64,000 bases of DNA, taken from NCBI RefSeq assembly GCF_009914755.1, contig NC_060928.1; one strand, given 5' to 3'. The stretch comes from the human T2T-CHM13v2.0 reference genome, Homo sapiens. This document shows positions 17,601-33,348 of this stretch, piece by piece. A model generated the notes under the pieces. That model made no database searches and was not told the DNA's origin. It saw only the letters and a list, made by a program, of their open reading frames with translations. Position numbers and translations under genes: made by a program. The stretch's first letter is position 1, and the number at the start of each line of letters is the position of its first letter.

Positions 17601-18223
17601 ATTTAAAAAGTTTTTGTTGGATACCAGCCACCTATAAGGTGTTCCATATATGCAAAGCCTGTCAGAATGGCCCTAACACAAATGTCTCCCATTTTCCCGA
17701 AATTGCTAAAGCATTTATTGTCTCTATCAACAATTCTCTAGTCCTCTTCCAAAGTCTTTGTTTGGGATGTGTACATCTTTCTTCCAGTTTGGTTGTCATC
17801 TGAAAGAAAGAAATCCTTGCCTCTTACTTCTAGATTTGCATGTTACTTAATAAATTCTGGTTGGCAAGACTTACTGGGACAAAACTGATAGTGACAGCTC
17901 AGCTGGAGAAAGGCTCTTCCAATTAAAAGTTCTGCAGTGCCTTCTGTCTTGGATCCTATACAAATAAGTAACTGTCTTTGTGTTCTCACGGTGAATGGCT
18001 CTGAACCAGGGCTATGTAAGAGATGGGGACCCTTTTGTCTACCCAGCTCCTTGGCTGACCCCCAGCAGACAGGGACACAATGCTGAAAGTGCTTGCCGAA
18101 TGAGACTGGGAATGTGGGTGGAGTCCCTCCAATCAGGAATAATGGAAAACTGAATTGCCAAAAGAAATTTTATCCTAATAAAATGAAGCACATGATTTAC
18201 CTTCCAGGTCCTTCAACTATTCT

Positions 18224-18343
18224 ATGGGAACCCGGGCATTTTCCCATGACAGTATTTTTATCCCTGATGGGGGAGCAGAAAGTGAGCAGACAGTTCAAGC
18301 AATGTCACAGGACAACATCCTGGGCAAAGTCAAAACTCTTCAG
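18224..18343 (+). CDS. CRACD: CRACD/KIAA1211 coding exon 1 (40 aa; exon begins 18208 with 16 nt of 5' UTR)
   Basis: MGTRAFSHDSIFIPDGGAESEQTVQAMSQDNILGKVKTLQ matches the recalled CRACD N-terminus; acceptor cttccag|18208, donor CAG|gtaaga, phase 0. Confidence 0.95.
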
Positions 18344-18601
18344 GTAAGACAGCTTGAGAGTGGAATTACGAGCCATAGGAGGGGCCCAGTTATGAAGGGA
18401 AGTGGGAAAAGTCCCGAGCTTGGCCTTGAGTAATGGATTGGGAGGTCCAGAGGTCACTCCTGGTGAGAATTATTGCTTTCTTGAATTCAACTGTATTCTC
18501 TGGAAACCTCCTGCCTACCTGCAAGAGCTACACTATCACCACTGCAGCCATCTGCATGACACACCCTCTCCTTTTCTTTCAAATTGTTCCCTCATATTTT
18601 A

Positions 18602-19012
<411 letters not shown>

Positions 19013-19381
19013 TCAGGGCTGACTGTTGACTGAGCGTGTGCACAACACATATCCACTTTCCGAGTCTCTGTAATTGGACAGTGAATGATACGACTCTATT
19101 TTTCTGTTGTATTTGTAAATCTCGCCACCCTAAGCCACCTTGTCTCAGAAGAAAATCACAAAGCTCTTAAGCCACTTCCAGTTCACTCTGCAGAGTGGGG
19201 CAGTTTTCCTACCTAAAATCTACTCGGGTGGTACCTCCCTAACAATGAAAATATAATAAATAATTATTCACTACATATGATTGAAATGACAGATAATACA
19301 GGAAAAGCAAGAAGAGCAGAGGCACTTAGAGCCTGACTATGAGGTCTGCCTAGCTGCTTGGCAGATAGAATTCTCTCATCT

Positions 19382-19678
19382 GGCCAGGCACAGTGGCTCA
19401 CTCCTATAATTCCAGCACTTTGGGAGGCCGAGGTGGGTGGACTGCTTGAACTCAGGAGTTTGAGACTAACCTGGGCAACATGGTGAAACCCCATCTCTAC
19501 CAAAAATACAAAAGTTAGCCGGGCATGGTTGTGCATGCCTGTAGTCCCAGCTTCTCAGGAGGCTGAGGTGGGAGGATGGCTTGAGCCCAGGAAGCAGAGG
19601 TTGCAGTGAACTGAGATTGCACCACTGCATGCCTTCCTGGGTGATAGAGTGAGAGCTTGTCCAAAAAAAAAAAAAAAA
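19382..19678 (+). mobile_element. Alu
   Basis: Dimeric Alu. Confidence 0.9.
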
Positions 19679-19919
19679 TTCGCTTACCCAAGAGAAATGC
19701 CCAAGCAAGCACTTCTCTGAGGCTCTCCAGCTAGCTGCTTGGAGGGTCTCCAGGTTATGAACAGAGGGCTCTGGTCTGCTGGCTTCCACCTGTCTGTAAG
19801 TCTACAACAATGGATTAAATGAATGAATCAATAAACGAGCAAAAAAAAAAAAAGGAAAAGAGAACAACTGCCCTCAGTAGCTACTGATATGCTGAAGCAC
19901 TGTACTCAGTAGAGATCAG

Positions 19920-20145
<226 letters not shown>

Positions 20146-22988
20146 TTATTTGTGAGGTGTTCTTGTTTCTATGGAGCGTAGGCTGTGTATTTTGTGATAT
20201 TTTGTGGAAATTGTGTCTGGTCACATATTCCACATAACACCCAGCTAAATGTAGCATGTGGCAGACAGGGAAGTAGCCAAGAGACCTTGGAACGACACCC
20301 AACTTGCCTAGGTCTTGATGCCTGCTGCCACCGCTGCCCAAAGCCATAGTCCTGCCCTCAGGGCCAACCCCAGACATGTCCTTCAAATCTTAGCATTTCC
20401 TAACTGGCTTCCATTCTTGGTTCTAGCTGGCCGTGCTCTAACACTTTTTATAGAAAAAGCAAGCTGTGACTTCTTATAGGTTGAAGAAGAGGGAAGTATG
20501 GTGATGGCCAAAGAAAACCTTGACCCCCCTCCTCCTTACCTTTCCTTCTTCAAGTCTTTTGATTCTTGCAATATTATTCCTAAGAAGTTGTGAACTTCTG
20601 GTTCATTGGATCCCCTTTCTAAGAGGAATGACTTACAGATTTCAGTTCACAAAACAGCTGTATTTTATGAGAGCTTTTTAGGAGTTTTTAAAAAATCAGA
20701 TAAAAATCTCTTGTCTTCAATGATACCTGCTCTGTCACATCATACCACATGCCACTGCCACGCCAAGAAGTGGATTTAGTGTTGTAAAAAAGTATACTAT
20801 ATAATTCTGCAGTATTGGAAAGATAGAAACCCAATAAAAATATTTCTGTTAACAGTAAGGCGTGATTTTAAATAACCTGATGTCATAATTAATAAAATGT
20901 AAAATGACTAACTTCCCCGAAGTGACAATTGCATAAACACAGGAAGAAAAATGTGAGTAAAGCAGAATAACTGTTTAATTTGTGTGCGCTCATTTTGACA
21001 ATATCTATTCAGATGAAGTCTGCCTAGTTTTGCTTCCGCTGCATGGATTCACAAGCTTCCTTTCAGCTCTGTAGTTATACTTTTGAAAACATAAAAGGCT
21101 TTGTTCATTCTTTGAGGAGGGAAATGGGGACCATTATCATAGAAAATGTGATTTTTTTTTTGGCGTGACTTGAGATATAACTGAATCATCCCCAAAAAGA
21201 CTGTGCTTTATTTTTCAGTCGACTAAGCAGTATGTTCCTGGTAAGTCGTAGAAGTGATAGTAACTTTATTAACTTGCATGAATGCTTTGCATTTTTCCAT
21301 GACAACGTGATGCTGGTATTGATGCTTAGTAAGCAGCCTAAGAGACCGCCCCCTTGTAGATGCCAGCATGGAATGAGAGAATTTAGTTGTGTCTGAGGCA
21401 TGTATGTTTTTATGTCTGGAATTGTCTTTGTGTATGTGTGTATGTTTATTTTTAAAAAGAGAGAAGTAATGGAAAACACCTATTTGACAGTGTATGTCCT
21501 GGCAAGCTGATTAGCCACCATTATTAAGACATTCTTCTGAGATGAGATGTCTACTGGAGTGCCTTTTTTCTCTGTGGCTTAAGAAACTTCCCAGCCCTTC
21601 GAGTTCCTAGAGACCCACGGAAGGGTGTCTGTCTGTAATGCCTGCCTTTGGAAAGGCTGCCCTCTAGTGCCTGCACATGGTGGGCTCACCGAGAACTGTC
21701 TTAGTTTGCAGGTTGGTATCTCTCCACGGAGTACAGAAGAACTCAATACAGCAAAAACCAGCCTCCCCTTTCCTGAGTAATGTGAATCTACCATCTGCCA
21801 CAATTTCTGTGGCAGATTTAAAAGAAAAAAATCACTATTTAAAAGAAAAATCACCATTTTTTTTCTAAAGATAAAAATAGTGCACGTGCAGAGTGAAAAC
21901 AAATTTTAATATATGGGGCAGTTATAGGGACAAAACCAACAGTGGTGTCCTTTGTGAGGACTCTGTACATAACAGAGTCGCTCTGTGGCCAGTAGTGTGA
22001 ATACCATTTGAATGAGTGACAGAATGCAGTGGAATATAAAGCCAGCCCCACCTGGCTGTATGGCTTTGGGTGAAGTCGTTCAACCTCTCTGGCACTTTCT
22101 CCTCCTGAAAACTAAGGGGCATGCACACAAGGGGTGATCTCAGGGCCCCTCCTGCTCTTAAGATCTGCGATCTCTATACAATCACTATTGAACTGCTGTA
22201 GCATGGAGCGGCTTCAGAAGCTTCGCACTTCGTTGCATTTCAGCTACAATGACCTTGACATTCCCTACAGCTGCCCACCAGCATGGATCAGGGAGGGTGC
22301 CTGTTTGTGTAAGATCAGACCGGGCTGTGAGGTATGTACCAACTGGTGATAAAACTCAGGGGTACCACAGTCTGAGGCTGCAGGTAATTGTTAGGATTAT
22401 ACCACACCTTTGTCAGGAAATGCTTAGTCTGTTTGTACCACGGATTATCTGGTGTAGGAGGGAACACCGCCATCCTGAGTGGCTTGTATCTCCCACCGAG
22501 CTGGATTTCACTTACAAATACCAAAGTCATACATTCGGGGATTTTGACACCTTACTGCAGCTGTCAAGGACACAAAGAATAAACACCCGCTCTTAGCCAC
22601 TTCTTCCTAGAGCAGGATGTCTTTAATTCTGTATGCTTTTTCTTTTTTTTTATTATTATTCATTTTAACTATGGAGATACCTGTAGTTTGCTCAAAAAGA
22701 CAGCAACTTTACTTATTTATTTTTTTCTGCTTTGCTCTTTAGACATAGTCTGAAGGATAGGAAAATCTAGACACTGGCAGAGAGCTGCAGAATATGGTGT
22801 GCTCGGCATTTCCACATTGTAGGAATAAGCCTTATAAATATGGATATGCATTCCTGTAATGTCATTCTCCAGCATTCCACATTACAACAAAATGGTCCAA
22901 TTTGAATGAATAAAATATAGTTCCTTGTAGCTCACATTCCAGTCTCAACAGTAACTCCATTCATGGCCACCAGCAACATGGAGTGTCA

Positions 22989-23469
<481 letters not shown>

Positions 23470-24488
23470 TTATTTCATAGTTCCTCTCATGACAATGCCT
23501 GAGTAGTGGGCAGAATTAAAGTAACAAAAAAGACACATTTATCCACATAGTCAATTCACATGACACCTGAGATTGTCAAACAGGTGTGAGCAGTAAACTT
23601 AATTGTTGATACAATAAATCACACAAAATGTCCTAACAACCAGTCTCCTCTGAGTTGGCTGAAGGAAGCATTCGGAGGAGGTACCACAGGGAGAGCCTGT
23701 AGGGGCGAGGCCTTGGCCTTGGCCTTGGGTACCTGAGGACTGAGCACCATGCGTCGGACCCTGAGTCCTGCCCTGGCCTGGGTCCACTGTCTCATCCCAG
23801 ATGGCTGTAGGGCATGTCTTCGAGGACAGTGCTTCGTCTGGACATAGAAACTGTAGCCCTCCTCTTCGTCACAGCCACCATTCTCCTCTTTCATCGCAGT
23901 TTCTCTTCCTAAGTTCCCCAGCCACCAGCCTGAGTTTGTTTTCTCTGGGGGGATTTCAAGTCAATTTCTTTACTAAGATGCACACTTTCATTCTAAAAGG
24001 CAACAGCATGATGCTGATTTTGCCAGGATGAACATATCTGTGACATACGTGATAGATACATTCTGCTTCCCTCCCTCCCTCTGCCTCTTCTCCCTCTGCC
24101 CTCCCCTGCCAACATCCCCCAGCTGTTGTAACTGCAGCTGGTCTGCTCTTCCTGGGCCCTGCTCCCTCTTCTTGCCTATGCATTTTCTCTGTTCCCTGTC
24201 CCTTCCTCTCGAATTGCCTCTTTAATTCTCAACTTCACTTCCTAACATTACTCTTTTCATTTCTCTGCTTTGCACCAGGCACCTTCTTTTTCCTGTTCTT
24301 ATTCCTTTTTTTTTTTTTTTTTTCTTTCCATGTTCTCTTTTCTGTTTGTAGATATAATAGTCATTCCATCTTTGGACATTATTTCAATTCAGACTGTGAT
24401 TACATTTTGCCTTATTCTTTTTTTGTCTCTTAAGCATCAGGATGGACCAACATGAGTATTATAACAAGGGCTCTAATGAAGTAAAACA

Positions 24489-25305
<817 letters not shown>

Positions 25306-26191
25306 TCAATCTAAGGGGATTTAGAACAGTTTCCAGTTCTTGGCCAACACTCCTAGAGAAGGCTGGGCTGGGCGGACACAGGAACCATTCTTCTGCACAG
25401 GTCCCCACCCCCTCTCCCAAGGCTGCAGGGTGAAATGGGCCTGTTACCTTGTTATTCCATGTCCTCTTGTCTAACTCCATCCATTGGCTGTTCTAACCAT
25501 GCCTGCTTATTGATTTGCTTAGAGTAGATAGATACTACCTGCCACTTCCTGTTGGACTTGTTTTTAGAAGACACCCTTTTCAGCCTTCTCCTCCCCACAA
25601 CCCTTCCAGGCTGCTGACGCTGTACTTCCCTTGCTGAACTTGGCTTTTCATGTGTGCTCCTGTCCTGTGAGGCTGGGAGAGCCAGGCATACAAGCCCTTG
25701 CCTGGCTGTGCTCCTGACTTGGCATGCTGGGGTCCCCAGGGGGCATGTGGAGGGGACCCTTGGGCTTATCTCTATTATATCTCTGCAGTCTCACTGCCCA
25801 CTGTGCAAGGCTGAGGGGGAGCTGGGCAAAGGTGGGTGGTTTTGGTACCGCTGAGTTCAAAGGGAGAGAAGACATTTCCCTCAAGGGATTCTTGCGCCAG
25901 GGAACATCATTGAAGTATTAGAAATACTCTGCCTCTTTATTTCTGCCCCTGGAAGAAAGAAGTACAAAGTCAAATTTATGAGCACCAGTGGAGTACAATG
26001 AAAACAACACTGAATGTTATTTTTAAAAGACCTGAGTTCAGATTCCTTTTGAGCCACTCATTCTTTCCGTAAGCTTGGGCCAGTCACCTCTCTCCACTGG
26101 GCCTCAGACATTTTTTGCAAAGTGAGGGGTTTGGAGTAGGTGATTGCTATGGCTTTTTGCAGCTCTGTGGGGTTAAATATTAGCCAGATTA

Positions 26192-26534
<343 letters not shown>

Positions 26535-26611
26535 GAGAAAGATGAACATTTCAGAAAATATATTCTTTGAGGAATATAATGACTATGTAACCCAAGGACC
26601 TAGGTCTAGAG

Positions 26612-26680
26612 CAGTGGTTCTCAGCTGGGGGCAATTTTACCCCCCAGGGGACTTTGGGCAACTTCTGGAGACATTTTTGC
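26612..26680. mobile_element. MER20-like fragment
   Basis: cagtggttctcagctgggggcaatttt...tctggagacatttttg. Confidence 0.7.
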
Positions 26681-27527
26681 TTTTCTAATCTGGCCTTCCT
26701 CTACTTGCAAATACTATTTAATCTTCCGAATTTCTACCCCATTTTCCCCTCCCTTTTCCCTGTCCTTCTAGCCACCACTCACCAGTAGTCAGTCCCTCCC
26801 TGGCCTTTCCCCATTTGGTTCCTCTGTCTCCTTTGTCACGGTTAGGTGGCCACAGCAAGGCAAAGAGGACGTCTAGATTGTTCCTATCCTTTATAGGGTT
26901 TTAGTATTGATCATGGAAAGACTTGCTGGCCCTGGGGCCTTCTTTGCCTTGGCAGCGACCCAGTGTGGCAGAATGCAATGTTCTGGTTTGGGGTCTCAAG
27001 CTAAGGGCTGGTGAGGAAGGCTGCGGAAGTATAAATCTTCAAAGTGAATATGTCCCAAAGGGGCTGGAGAGTTGCACCAACCTTTAGGGTCTTGATTTCC
27101 CTCAGTGGTTCCTACATTTCATGTAACTGTTTTCTATAATTTTTTTTGCACTTTTAAGAGACTTTTTATGTAAATGAATTTATAGGTTAATGAAAAATTT
27201 TTGTCATAACATATATCCCAACTTTTGGTTCAGAAAATGTGGCCACCATGCCCACTGGGAAATGTTGGGATCTCCATGAAAGAGGTGGCTGGATGAAAAA
27301 GCTCATGGCTTGAAGGTGGGAAAGAAAAAAAAAGAACAGAGAAGAAAGTGGAAAACAAATTAACTTATTACAGGATGGCATCATGGTTTCCTGGCATGGT
27401 GTTGAGTCTAGAAATCAGTTGTGCACAAGGTATGCCTCAGTGCTCACTAGACATGCTGGAGAACCTGGTTGTGGTGGTTGTGAACTGCTTCACTGCTTCA
27501 GAATGTCTTTCTTCTGTTTCTCTCCAG

Positions 27528-27692
27528 CAACAGTTGGGCAAGAATATCAAGTTTGGGCAGCGGTCACCCAATGCCATTCCCATGAATAAGGCAAACAGTG
27601 GAGAGGCTAGCTTAGAAGAGGATCTGTTCCTGACCAGTCCCATGGAAATTGTGACTCAGCAGGACATCGTCCTCTCAGACGCAGAGAACAAG
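27528..27692 (+). CDS. CRACD: CRACD coding exon 2 (55 aa)
   Basis: QQLGKNIKFG...VLSDAENK; polypyrimidine tract + cag acceptor, AAG|gtaagt donor, 165 nt, phase 0-0. Confidence 0.95.
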
Positions 27693-29404
27693 GTAAGTCT
27701 CCTCCAGGGAATGACTTGATGGCTCATAAACCAGGGCAGGACATTGGGCCTCCAGTAACCCTGGGGTCTGCAGCAGGGGAATTAGAGGGAGGAGCTTTTC
27801 TCATGAGTAGCTCAGGGCTTGAGGGCACTTCCTGGTAGGTGTCCTGACCTGTAGCCAGTGAAGAGGACAGGGAGGAAGAGGAGACAAGCCCTTTGCAGGC
27901 GGTCTTCCCAGTGTCTTTCACTTACCCTTCAAGGCTTATGCCTACCTCTTCTGGGAAGCCGTACCTGGCCTCACCCCAAGCTGTACTGTCTTCTTGTGCC
28001 TTTGCTGTGTGTCTTTACCATTTTTCACACGTCTGTTCTCCCTATCTATGTCCATGTAACTGTTTTCTCTCCATCTCTAAACATGGGATTCCTTGAGAAC
28101 AAACTGGGTCTGACACATCTTTGTCTCCCTAGGACTGAGCCACTGCCTGCTTTGCAGTACTGCCTAATTATTTGTCCAAGTGGACTAATTTAAAGGGAAA
28201 TGAAAAAAGAAATGCGTAGGGGCTCCATGAGATAGAAGACATCAAACAGGCCAACTTGAAGAGTACCTAGTCTGGAAAGAAAGTCACATTTGATCTCTTG
28301 ACACTTTGAGCATATCCTGAAATGAGAGTTCTTCCAAAGCAGCAGAAAAGATGCCCTTAGACCTCTTAGGGAAAAAGGAGCAAAGTCCAACCAGTAGCGA
28401 GTCAGGAATTCTCTAGGTGAGGCACTGGGGTTTCACTTTAAAAAAAAAAATGAAAAAACAAACAAAAAAAAACCCATTCTCTAGGCTCTGCCTATCAAGA
28501 CCCCTGGAATTTTGTTGGGTGTTATTAAAATGGGCATGTCTCAGAAGAAATCATGCATTATCAACTGATGTGTCATGAGAGTAGTGAGAAAGACGAGTGA
28601 TTTGCAGAGGCAAGTGAGGAAGGGATGTGAAAAAGGACATTCCTCCCCTGTTGCCCATTGTGACACCTGGCACCCACGCATTGACACCCTTTGTGTGGTA
28701 GGTCAAGCAGGGATGGGCCCATCTCTCCCGGCAGCTCTAAAATTGCTCTTCCCAACCTCTCCAGTGCTAGGCAGAAGCAACAGCCATCGCCTTGGTGCAG
28801 GGGTATCCTGAGATCTGAAGCAAATGTCCTCACAGTTATTGATGAGCTCATAAGTGCTGGGCACTGTGGCCTGGGGGATTGTTTGTTCAGCAGGCTCTGT
28901 CTCAGATATGGGTATTACAGAGGTGAGCAAGATTCTACAAGGGGCCCCCCATCTCTGTAGTTTACACCCTAATGAGAGGGTGTAACAAACAACAAACAAG
29001 TCAACCAGTATATAAATAGAATCATTTCAGATCAAGAAAAATGCTGGCTGCACAGAAAATAAAACAGGGTAATGGAAAAGTGAGTAACTTGGTGGTGGAG
29101 AGGTCTCTTATTTGGGTGAAGAGTGTAGCAGGACCCTAGTGGGAGCAAGGGGAGGGTAGAGAGAGGTGCCAAGCCGGATTGTATAGACCATGGGAAAAGG
29201 GTAAATTCTATTTGGAAGATAATAGGAAGCCTCTGAGTAATTTTAAGCAGAGCAGTGACATAATCTGATTTGTATTTTCTGAAGATTCTTCTAAGTGTGG
29301 TGTGGAGAACAGACGGAGGTAGGGCAAGCTGACATGGTTGCTCTGGAAGGGAAGAAAAGACTCTTTTGTAAGAAATGGCAATACAGGATAGATGGTGTCG
29401 CAGG

Positions 29405-30012
<608 letters not shown>

Positions 30013-30635
30013 GATACCACTATAGGAGGCATAGTGGGCCATATGAAAGGTACAAATGACCTCTGGGGGTCTCCTGGGCATGCCTAGGACATGGGGGTGT
30101 GAATCTTTAGCCTTTTTCTTCTCCCTTTCTGCTGTTTTCTTGGCCCCTCCCTGGCCTTTCACCTTCTCAGCCCAGCTCTTTGCATGTGGAGTTGGTAGGC
30201 CTTCTTTCTTCTCACTCATTGCTTAGATGGGGGAGGTGTGGCTGGAGAAGGGGAGAGGCAGCCAGCAAGGCCAAAAGCATTGAGGTTGGAGGCCATGTAT
30301 GAGACACAGCCCTGCACCCCAGGGAAAGTGGCTGTTGAGCTACTCACATTCTGTCAGGCAGTGGAGAAAAACACAAATGACCGAGACTGGGGACTACCCA
30401 GGTGGGAAACACATTGAACTCGGGGAGAGGCTGGTGCACCCTCTGTGTCTCAGGTAGTGCTGGTGGAGTTTGGATATTAGCATAGTCTCCACTGGGACAC
30501 CTGCTGGCTCTCTAAGGCCAGCTGCACCCCTGTGTAGAGGAGGGGGTGACCCTACCCAGGCACAGACAGTGTCTGGTTATTTGCCCAGAACTTCCTGTTC
30601 AGGCCTTTGACTTGAATGCTCTCTTACTGTTCCAG

Positions 30636-30704
30636 TCCAGTGATACGCCAAGTTCTCTAAGTCCTCTGAATCTCCCTGGAGCTGGAAGTGAGATGGAAGA
30701 GAAG
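30636..30704 (+). CDS. CRACD: CRACD coding exon 3 (23 aa)
   Basis: SSDTPSSLSPLNLPGAGSEMEEK; ttccag acceptor, AAG|gtaata donor, 69 nt, phase 0-0 (too short for the ORF track). Confidence 0.92.
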
Positions 30705-32139
30705 GTAATATGATTTGAACTTATTTATTTGGCTTCTTTCCTTACTTAACTTTCATCTTCCCCCCCCCCTTTTTTTTTTGCGACCTGCTGCCTCATTTTC
30801 CATTCATAAATGTTGCCTTCATATATTTAAATTCCTTCAGAATGCCACTAGTGACAGATGTTGGAGCATCTGTTTCCATGGCAAGGCAACTGCTGGAACT
30901 GAACTCTGCTCTGAAAACTAGCCATACTCCCAGCATGCCTGTGTTTGGGGTCCTAGAAGTTGGTAGCTTTCCTCAAAGGATCATGTACTTCAAGATCCTG
31001 TTAATTGATTGAAAAAGGCATTCCAGAATATCCAGTCTGTAAGGAAACGAGTCCTCTTATATTTAGAGAGGCAAAACAAAAACAAAACAAAAAAGCACTT
31101 TAGCATTTCTCTACTTTTATGTTGTTTTTTAAACTTTTCTGTGTCCTTTTTTTTAAACCTGGGACTTTACCTGCAGGAGTGTAAGAACCCTGTGGACTCT
31201 TCTCCCCGGGCACCTCTTCTGTAGGAGCCGATCTGCCCCATTGAGGACCTTTCATCTGCACAAGGGGCCAGGCATTCTCCCAAGGCCTGGCAGACAGTAT
31301 AGGAAGCAGGATCTGCTCCTGAAGAAGGGGATGGCTCAAGACAGTGCTGCCGCCCAGACAATGAGGAAGCCAGCTGGGATAGCTAGAAACAAAGCACAGC
31401 ACTTAAATCTCAGCATCAAGTGCTTATCTATGTCTTCAATCTGTCACATTTGGCTCCGACTCCTTTTTCTCATGCATCTATTAGGGGATGGAAACAAATG
31501 TTTCATTCAGCAATAGCTTAGAATCTCATGCCCATTATAAAGATAACCATAAATAAATGAAAGCTAGAAGGCCAAAACTTGATTTTTCTGTGCTTCTTGT
31601 CATAAATTAATATATACTGAGCATCCATTTTGCTTTTAGAGCTAGCTGCTTGGTCTTTCATCTTTTGTGCATATAGAAGATAATTGCAAAAAGCAAGCCC
31701 ATCTGCTAAACCTCACCACTCCATGCCTACAGCAGAAACAAACAAATAAACCCTGGCCACATCGGAGCTGCTGGCATAGTGCCGCACCCCCTGCCACACT
31801 CTAGCAGGAGCCCTTTGCTTGCTGCCAGCCTGTGAATTCTCTGTAGGTACAGGCGTGGTGTCCTACCTTCTAATTCAGTGTGGCCTGTGGGTTCGGGCTG
31901 TGTCACGATCTCTCTGATCTTTCCAAATCTACCCTTCATCTGAGGTTGTGTTTTTTTTTAGTGATTGCATCTGTATTCTAGAGCTGCAGGCCATTCCACA
32001 ATTCATCCTTTGAAGGACCGCACTTGTCCTGGTGGCAGATTTTTGCCGCTCATTTTTCTCATCAGGTCCCTCTTCCTTTTATCTTCTCAGTGCAGTCAGT
32101 ACCCTGAGACTTCTTTGGAGCGATTGTACCAAAACTTTT

Positions 32140-32432
32140 GTGTGTGTGTGACAGAGTCTTGCTTTGTGGGCTAGGCTAGAGTGCAGCCTAGCGATCTCAG
32201 CTCACTGCAACCTCCGCATCCTGGGTTCAAGCAATTCTCATGCATCAGCCTCCCCAGCTGGGATTACAGGTGTGCACCACCACACCCGGCTAATTTATTT
32301 TTAAAGTATTTAGTAGAGATGGGGTTTTGCCATGTTGGCCAGACTGGTCTCGAACTCCTGGCCTCAAGTGATCTGCCCGCTTCAGCCTCCCAAAGTGCTG
32401 GGATTACAGGTGTGAGCCATCGCACCCAGCCA
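32140..32432 (-). mobile_element. AluS
   Basis: TSD taccaaaac. Confidence 0.88.
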
Positions 32433-32687
32433 TACCAAAACATTTTTGTCGATCAGGAATTTCGTGTTCCAGGTATAGATGCTATACTTTATTTTCCTTT
32501 ATTCCTTCAACAGATATTTATTGAGCACTGACCAAATGAGGTTTGCTACGTGGGTGTAAAGGGTACCCATACAAAGATGAAAAAAGACACACTCCCAGCC
32601 TCAAAGGGACTAAGTCCTGTGTAGGAGCTGAGGCATATATGCAGTGTCTGAGAGTTTAACAGTTCTTAGCACAGAGGTGATCTAGGC

Positions 32688-32882
32688 CAGGGGTCAGCAA
32701 ACTACTCATTATTTTAGGCTTTGTGACATGAAGCTACAAGTACTCTCCTTTGTGCCACTCTTCCTTCATAGCACAAAAAGCAACCAAAGACAATGGGTGT
32801 AGCTGTGGCCCGGTAAAACTCTGATTCTCCAAAACAGGCTGTGGGCAGGATTTGGCCTCCTGGCTATGTTTTGCTAATCTTG
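32688..32882. mobile_element. MER58A-like hAT MITE
   Basis: caggggtcagcaaacta ... tttggcc...tttgctaatcttg. Confidence 0.65.
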
Positions 32883-33165
32883 GAGCTACTCTGAACCTCA
32901 TATTAGTCAAAGTAGGAAAATTAGTTCCTAAAAGTTATATGACTTTTACAAGTTAATACCAGTGGACGCTGGCAGAACAAATAGTCAATGTCCTTTGGTT
33001 CCAAAACGGGTGTTCATTTCATTTTCTGAGGAGTTCCCTCTGCTCACCTGCATTCCCTGGGCCAGGCTGGGCGAGGCGCACACTGGAACGAGTGCCACCG
33101 TTCTGCGATTCCCTGCAGGTTGTCTTCTGATCCCAACTGACTTTCTATTTTAATCTCCCCTACAG

Positions 33166-33348
33166 GTTGCTCCCGTTAAACCGTCTCGGCCAAAAAGGCA
33201 CTTCTCTTCTGCTGGCACCATCGAAAGTGTCAACTTAGATGCCATCCCCCTGGCCATCGCTCGCCTGGACAACAGTGCCGCCAAGCACAAGCTGGCTGTT
33301 AAGCCAAAAAAACAGAGGGTGTCAAAGAAGCACAGGCGCCTTGCCCAG
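33166..33348 (+). CDS. CRACD: CRACD coding exon 4 (61 aa; DUF4592-type region LDNSAAKHKLAVKPKKQR)
   Basis: VAPVKPSRPK...KKHRRLAQ; ccctacag acceptor, CAG|gtgtgt donor, 183 nt. Confidence 0.93.

Noticed and set aside
27242-27313. Perfect GCCACCATG Kozak context
   Set aside because: Opens only 21 codons, is intronic and has no in-frame splice link
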